Positions 59,171 to 64,000 of a DNA stretch of 64,000 nt are shown here, one piece after another. The stretch is from Alphaproteobacteria bacterium. Its GTDB lineage: Bacteria; Pseudomonadota; Alphaproteobacteria; SP197. Location: contig OZ219747.1 in the NCBI GenBank assembly GCA_964291265.2, forward strand, positions 1,920,001 to 1,984,000, written 5' to 3'. Positions within the stretch are counted from its first letter, which is position 1. Every line of letters begins with the position of its first letter. A program made the translations under genes and the position numbers. Below the pieces are notes generated by a model, which did no database searches, was not told where the DNA came from, and saw only the letters and a list, made by a program, of their open reading frames with translations.

Positions 59171-60118
59171 TCAGGAGTCTCTCAGCCTGGAGGCAAGTCT
59201 GGGAAGCACGTCGAACATGTCGCAGACGGCACCATAATGGGCCTTGGCGAAGATCGGTGCCCTCTCGTCCGTGTTGAGCGCGACGATGAGTTCCGAATCA
59301 CCCATGCCCTCCACATGCTCCGGAGCCCCGGAAACGCCGGCCATGAAGTAAAGGCGCGGCCTGACGGTGACGCCGGACTTGCCCACCTGACGCGTCTTGG
59401 GCAGCCAGCCGGCATCGATGACCGGGCGGGAGCCGGCAATCTCGGCGTCCAGCGCGCGGGCCAGGTCTTCGACTGGAGTGAACCTGTCAGCGCCGCCGAT
59501 GGCGCGTCCCACGCAAACGATCCGCTCGGCCTGGGTCAGATCGACGCCGCTGGTATCGGGTTCCAGCGCCTCGACCAGCCGAATGCCCGCCTCACCGCGC
59601 ATCGGCATGTCCACAGACTTGACCGGTGGTGTGCCGCTCACGCGCCCGTCCTCGGCGCGAGCTGCTCCCGGCATCGCCATGACAATGGCCGGCAGAGGAA
59701 CGCGAGCCCGTGCCTCCAGCTTGCCGCCATACAGCTGGGCGCGCACCGCCAGTTGGCCTTCCTCAGGATGCAATGCCACGGCATTGCACATGAGAGGCAG
59801 GCCCAAGCGAAGGGCGGCCGGCGGTGCGATGTCGAGACCGGCGGTGCCATAGCTCAACAGAACGAGATCGGGACTGCGTGCCTGGATGGCTGCCTGAAGC
59901 GAGGCGCCATGTACATCGGGAAGGTAGGTCTCCAGCTCAGGATCGGTGATGGCAATCACGCTGGTGGCGCCGCCCAGTTGTCCGGCGAGGGTTGCCGGCT
60001 CGGCGCCCATGACCAGCGCCTCGACCTCGCCGCCCAGCTTTCGGGCGATCGCGAGCAGCTCGAAGGCGGTGTCGCTGATCGTGCCAGCCTGGTGCTCGAC
60101 ATGGACGAGAATGCGCAT
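59171..60118 (-). CDS. etfA: Electron transfer flavoprotein alpha subunit
   Basis: GSRPVID.GW, RQVGKSG.TV and GVSGAPEH motifs. Confidence 0.9.
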   Translation of the reverse strand: MRILVHVEHQAGTISDTAFELLAIARKLGGEVEALVMGAEPATLAGQLGGATSVIAITDPELETYLPDVHGASLQAAIQARSPDLVLLSYGTAGLDIAPPAALRLGLPLMCNAVALHPEEGQLAVRAQLYGGKLEARARVPLPAIVMAMPGAARAEDGRVSGTPPVKSVDMPMRGEAGIRLVEALEPDTSGVDLTQAERIVCVGRAIGGADRFTPVEDLARALDAEIAGSRPVIDAGWLPKTRQVGKSGVTVRPRLYFMAGVSGAPEHVEGMGDSELIVALNTDERAPIFAKAHYGAVCDMFDVLPRLASRLRDS

Positions 60119-60876
60119 CACACCAGTCCCTTCTCGATCAGGATGGCGTGAAGACTCTCGGCGATCTGTCCGCCGTCTCCGTCGATCATTTCTGCTCCGG
60201 CGCCGCGTTGAGGGAGGGCAAGGACGGCGGATTGCATGCCGGTCGCGGCCGGTTCGGCATCGACTGCCAGTTCGGGCACGTCGACCTTCAGCAGGTCGCG
60301 CAGTCTGCTGCCGGAAACGTAGCGCGGTGGTTGCGAGGCTGTCTGCAGGCCGATGACAGCAGGAAGAGGGATCGCGAGTCGCGCCGCCCTGCCGCCGGAG
60401 TACTCCTGGCGGACCACTGCATCGACCCCCATGATCTGAACATCGGAAACGGCGCTCGCCTGACGCCATCCCAGCTCGGAGCCAAGATACGGGGCCAATT
60501 CACCATGGAGGTCGTCGGTCGCGAGGACGCCGGTCAGCACCAGATCGGCCCCGATGGTGCGCACGGCTGCAGCGTGGAGCGGTGCCAGGGTACGGGAGGA
60601 GGCGACAACGTCGGCCACCGGAATGCGATAGGCAGCATCGGCGCCGCGGGCAAGCGCCGTGCGCAACAAGCGCTCGACTCCCTCGCCATCAACGGCAAGT
60701 GCAGTGACCTCTGCCCCGGTCGATTCCTTCAGGAGAACGGCCTGTTCCAGTGCCTGGTCATCGAACTCGTTGAGGACCAGGCCAATCCACTCGCGGTCGA
60801 TGTCGCGACCGTCCTCGGTGAGTTCCAGTTCTTCGGTGATGTCGGGCGTGAGACGCAGAATGACGGCGATCTTCAT
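60118..60876 (-). CDS. etfB: Electron transfer flavoprotein beta subunit
   Basis: NEFDDQALEQA, ALARGAD and PPRYVS motifs; coupled to etfA. Confidence 0.88.
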   Translation of the reverse strand: MKIAVILRLTPDITEELELTEDGRDIDREWIGLVLNEFDDQALEQAVLLKESTGAEVTALAVDGEGVERLLRTALARGADAAYRIPVADVVASSRTLAPLHAAAVRTIGADLVLTGVLATDDLHGELAPYLGSELGWRQASAVSDVQIMGVDAVVRQEYSGGRAARLAIPLPAVIGLQTASQPPRYVSGSRLRDLLKVDVPELAVDAEPAATGMQSAVLALPQRGAGAEMIDGDGGQIAESLHAILIEKGLV

Positions 60877-60965
60877 GGAGGCCCCGCGCGGCGTCCGCGC
60901 CACAATGTGACCCAGGTCGCCCGGGAAGACGACCTGTCGGAACCCACCTTTCTCAATGCCGTACA

Positions 60966-60991
60966 ATCTTGTCAACCACTATCTTGTCAAC
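60966..60991. promoter_or_regulatory. ATCTTGTCAAC direct repeat in the divergent etfB/GMC intergenic region
   Basis: Exact 11-mer at 60966 and 60981; each contains TTGACA on the minus strand. Confidence 0.5.
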
Positions 60992-61063
60992 TAACGTGCT
61001 GCAAACACGAACAGGCTCGACTGGAGGGCTTTTCCCGAAGCCGCCGGACGCAAGGGAGAGTGC

Positions 61064-62716
61064 ATGGCGAGGATGCAGAAGGGCCGCGAGCCGGCTGACG
61101 TACTGATCATCGGAGCTGGCGCATCGGGCTCCGTCGCCGCTGCCCACCTTGCCGCGGCCGGCGTCGATGTCGTGTGCCTGGAGCAGGGTCCGCGCGTGGA
61201 CAACGCCGAGTTCTACGGTGACAAGCCCGAATGGGAACTCATGGCGCAGAAGCGCTGGCATCCCAATCCCAATGTACGGGACCTCGAGGCCGACTATCCC
61301 ATCAATACCGATGCGAGCGATGTCAACCCGTTGATGTACAGCGCCGTTGGCGGATCGACCATCCTCTATGCGGCGCATTGGCAACGCTTCATGCCGTCGG
61401 ATTTCCGTGTCAGAACCCTGGACGGCGTGGCCGACGACTGGCCCTTCGTGTACGAAGACCTGGAGCCCTACTACACCCGGATGGAGGTGGAGATGGGCGT
61501 GTCCGGTCTGGCCGGAGATCCGGCCTATCCGCCGCATGCCGAGTATCCTCTGCCGCCCATGCCGATTGGTCGCATTGGCATGAAGGCCGCCGAGGGCATG
61601 AACAGGCTGGGATGGCATTGGTGGCCTGGTCCCAATGCCGTTCCGTCGCGCGACTACAAGGGCCGGAACCAGTGTGTGCGATACGGCACGTGCCTGACCG
61701 GTTGTCCCCACAAGGCCAAGGCTTCGACAGATCACACCCATTGGCCCATCGCGCTGGAGAACGGGGCCCGCCTCGTGACGGGCGCTCGCGTGCGCGAGAT
61801 CACGGTGGACGCCCAGGGGCTTGCCAACGGCGCAACCTACATTGACCGCAATGGGCGCGAGGCGCACCAGAAGGCGGGCATTGTCATCGTCTGCTGCAAC
61901 GGGGTGGGAACGCCGCGGCTGTTGCTGCTGTCGACCTCGAGGCACCACCCGGAAGGACTTGCGAACTCTTCCGGCCTGGTCGGCCGGAACCTCATGATGC
62001 ACCCCTATGCCGCGATCAGCGGCGTGTTCGACGACCCCCTCGAAAGCTGGCTTGGCCCGGCGGGGCAGAGCATTCAGTCGATGCAGTTCTACGAGACCGA
62101 TGTTTCACGTGGCTTCGTGCGCGGCGCCAAGTGGAATGTCATGCCAGGTGGAGGGCCGCTCGGTCTTCGCGCCGCTTATGGCGGCAAGGCGTTGGACGAG
62201 GCCTGGGGCGCCAACCTGCATCGCAACACCAGGAGGGTCTTCGGTCATTCCTTCGAATGGGGGATCATCGCCGAAGACCTGCCAGACGAGAACAACCGAG
62301 TGTTGCTGGATCCTGAGCTCACGGATTCCGACGGCATTTCGGCGCCGAGGCTCGTCTATCGGAATTCCGAGAACACGGAGCGGCTGCTGGACTTCCACGT
62401 GGCCCGCGCCGAGGAAGCGATGGAGGCGGCGGGCGCTGCCTCGGTGTCGTCGACGCGGCTGATGCGCGATTGCGGCTGGCACCTGATGGGGACCGCACGC
62501 ATGGGGGACGATCCCGCACGCTCGGTCGTGGATCAGTACGGCAGGTGCCACGATGTCCCCAATCTCTACATCTTCGACGGCAGCGTTTTTGTGACATCGT
62601 CCGGTTTCAATCCCACCGGCACGATCACGGCCATTGCACTGCGTTCGGTGGAGCACCTGATCGAGAACCGTGGCCATGCGAAAGTTGCCTGCAATCCATC
62701 AGGAGTCGTGTCATGA
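61064..62716 (+). CDS. GMC family oxidoreductase
   Basis: IIGAGASG, VGGST, C...GTCLTGCP and HLMGTARMG motifs. Confidence 0.92.
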   Translation: MARMQKGREPADVLIIGAGASGSVAAAHLAAAGVDVVCLEQGPRVDNAEFYGDKPEWELMAQKRWHPNPNVRDLEADYPINTDASDVNPLMYSAVGGSTILYAAHWQRFMPSDFRVRTLDGVADDWPFVYEDLEPYYTRMEVEMGVSGLAGDPAYPPHAEYPLPPMPIGRIGMKAAEGMNRLGWHWWPGPNAVPSRDYKGRNQCVRYGTCLTGCPHKAKASTDHTHWPIALENGARLVTGARVREITVDAQGLANGATYIDRNGREAHQKAGIVIVCCNGVGTPRLLLLSTSRHHPEGLANSSGLVGRNLMMHPYAAISGVFDDPLESWLGPAGQSIQSMQFYETDVSRGFVRGAKWNVMPGGGPLGLRAAYGGKALDEAWGANLHRNTRRVFGHSFEWGIIAEDLPDENNRVLLDPELTDSDGISAPRLVYRNSENTERLLDFHVARAEEAMEAAGAASVSSTRLMRDCGWHLMGTARMGDDPARSVVDQYGRCHDVPNLYIFDGSVFVTSSGFNPTGTITAIALRSVEHLIENRGHAKVACNPSGVVS

Positions 62717-63138
62717 CGATGGTGAACGATACGGAGCGCGACATCTTCGCGGCCCTTGCCGACGTTCTGATCCCCGCTGCCGAGGGCATGCCGGCGGCGA
62801 GCGAGATGAACGTTCACGGGACCATGCTTGATCGCATCCTTGGCCTGCGCCCGGACTTGGCAGAGGCCTTTCGACGCGGTCTGGCGGCATCGGCCGGCAA
62901 GACGCCGGAGGACGCCGCAGAGACCCTGAACCGGGACGATGCAGAAGCCCTCGCTGCCGTCAGCATCGTTGCGTCCGCCGGCTACTACATGGTGCCGGCC
63001 GTGCGCAGGCTCATAGGGTATCCGGGCCAGGAGAATCGCCCGGCGGACCCGGACGAGACTCCTGAGTACCTGACCAACGGAATGTTGCAGCAGGTCATCG
63101 ACCGCGGGCCGATTCATGTGCCCACGCCGGAGTCCTGA
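62713..63138 (+). CDS. Small GMC-associated protein (gluconate 2-dehydrogenase subunit 3-like)
   Basis: LADVLIP...MPAAS and GYYM...V...IGYPGQ motifs; ATGA coupling. Confidence 0.7.
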   Translation: MTMVNDTERDIFAALADVLIPAAEGMPAASEMNVHGTMLDRILGLRPDLAEAFRRGLAASAGKTPEDAAETLNRDDAEALAAVSIVASAGYYMVPAVRRLIGYPGQENRPADPDETPEYLTNGMLQQVIDRGPIHVPTPES

Positions 63139-63141
63139 ACC

Positions 63142-64000
63142 GTGGCCGGAGCGATCAGCGACTCCAGGCCGCGTCACGGCGAGGAGGTGGATGTCTGCGT
63201 CATTGGCGCCGGCCCCTCCGGGTCAGTTGCCGCGCGATATCTTGCCGAGGCCGGCCTTTCGGTCGTGACGCTGGAGCAGGGCGATTGGCCCGACGCGGCG
63301 GAGTTCCCCGGCGACAAGCCGGAATTCGAGCTGGTGGCGCAGAAGCAGTGGCACCCGAATCCGAATGTCCGCGACCGGGAACGCGACTACCCGATCAATA
63401 CGGACGACAGCGCCATCAATCCCTTGATGTACGCGGCCGTCGGCGGCAGCACCACCCTTTATGCCGGCCACTGGACGCCCTTCATGCCGTCGGATTTCAG
63501 GGTGCGGACCCTTGATGGCGTGGCCGACGACTGGCCCTTCACCTACGAGGATCTGCTGCCCAGTCTGGAAGAGATGGAGCGGGTGGTGGGTGTCTCGGGT
63601 CTGCCGGGGAACCCCGCCTATCCGCTGCGCAGGGCGTTTCCCACTCCACCGCTTCCCATCGGCAAGTGCGGCATGAAGGCTGCCGAGGGCATGGACAAGC
63701 TGGGTTGGCACTGGTGGCCCGGAACCAATGCCATGCCGTCAGTGCCCTACAACGGACTCAATCCCTGCGTGCGGCGCGGCACCTGCATGACCGGTTGTCC
63801 GGAAGGTGCGAAATCCACTGCCAACATCACGCTGTGGCCCCACGCACTCAAGGACGGCGCACGTATCATCGTCGGCGCCAGAGTGCGTGAGATCACTTAC
63901 GATGCGGTGCGCAACCGGGTGACCGGTGCCACGTACATCGACCGCAACGGGCGCGAGCGCCACCAGAAGGCGCGGACGGTCATCCTGTGCGCCAATGGCA
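63142..64000 (+). CDS. Second GMC family oxidoreductase (runs off the window)
   Basis: VIGAGPSG; clearly paralogous to 61064-62716; open to the window end. Confidence 0.88.
   Translation, partial: MAGAISDSRPRHGEEVDVCVIGAGPSGSVAARYLAEAGLSVVTLEQGDWPDAAEFPGDKPEFELVAQKQWHPNPNVRDRERDYPINTDDSAINPLMYAAVGGSTTLYAGHWTPFMPSDFRVRTLDGVADDWPFTYEDLLPSLEEMERVVGVSGLPGNPAYPLRRAFPTPPLPIGKCGMKAAEGMDKLGWHWWPGTNAMPSVPYNGLNPCVRRGTCMTGCPEGAKSTANITLWPHALKDGARIIVGARVREITYDAVRNRVTGATYIDRNGRERHQKARTVILCANG

Overview
GC-rich window, probably from an alphaproteobacterium (inferred from gene content; host association is plausible but unproven). Catabolic operons alternate with dense, nested mobile DNA. Mobile layer: three class E-like group II intron copies (a 3' end at the window start, a complete RT-encoding copy at 4668-6586, and a 660-nt ORF-less copy at 20343-21002), all inside transposase genes. 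Splicing of the ORF-less copy would restore an in-frame IS66-family transposase, which lies next to an Rpn nuclease gene. An ISKra4-family element (34998-42146, 9-bp TSD) is interrupted by a 5.3-kb IS21-family transposon (36276-41595, 5-bp TSD) that carries a Toprim/primase-like gene and other co-oriented cargo. There are also two IS4/Tn5-like copies, three MITE types, and tnpB, IS3 and other remnants. Host layer: a TbpB-like lipoprotein plus Slam translocon, both frameshifted at poly-C tracts; a second lipoprotein broken by a MITE; a tmpAB-like phosphonate operon; metY, a GS-family ligase and a metX-like gene; a BrnT/XRE TA pair; Fic; an MttB/flavoenzyme/ThDP cluster; a sugar-type ABC transporter; ETF/FadF; and GMC oxidoreductases. 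All family assignments come from motif recognition, not database searches.
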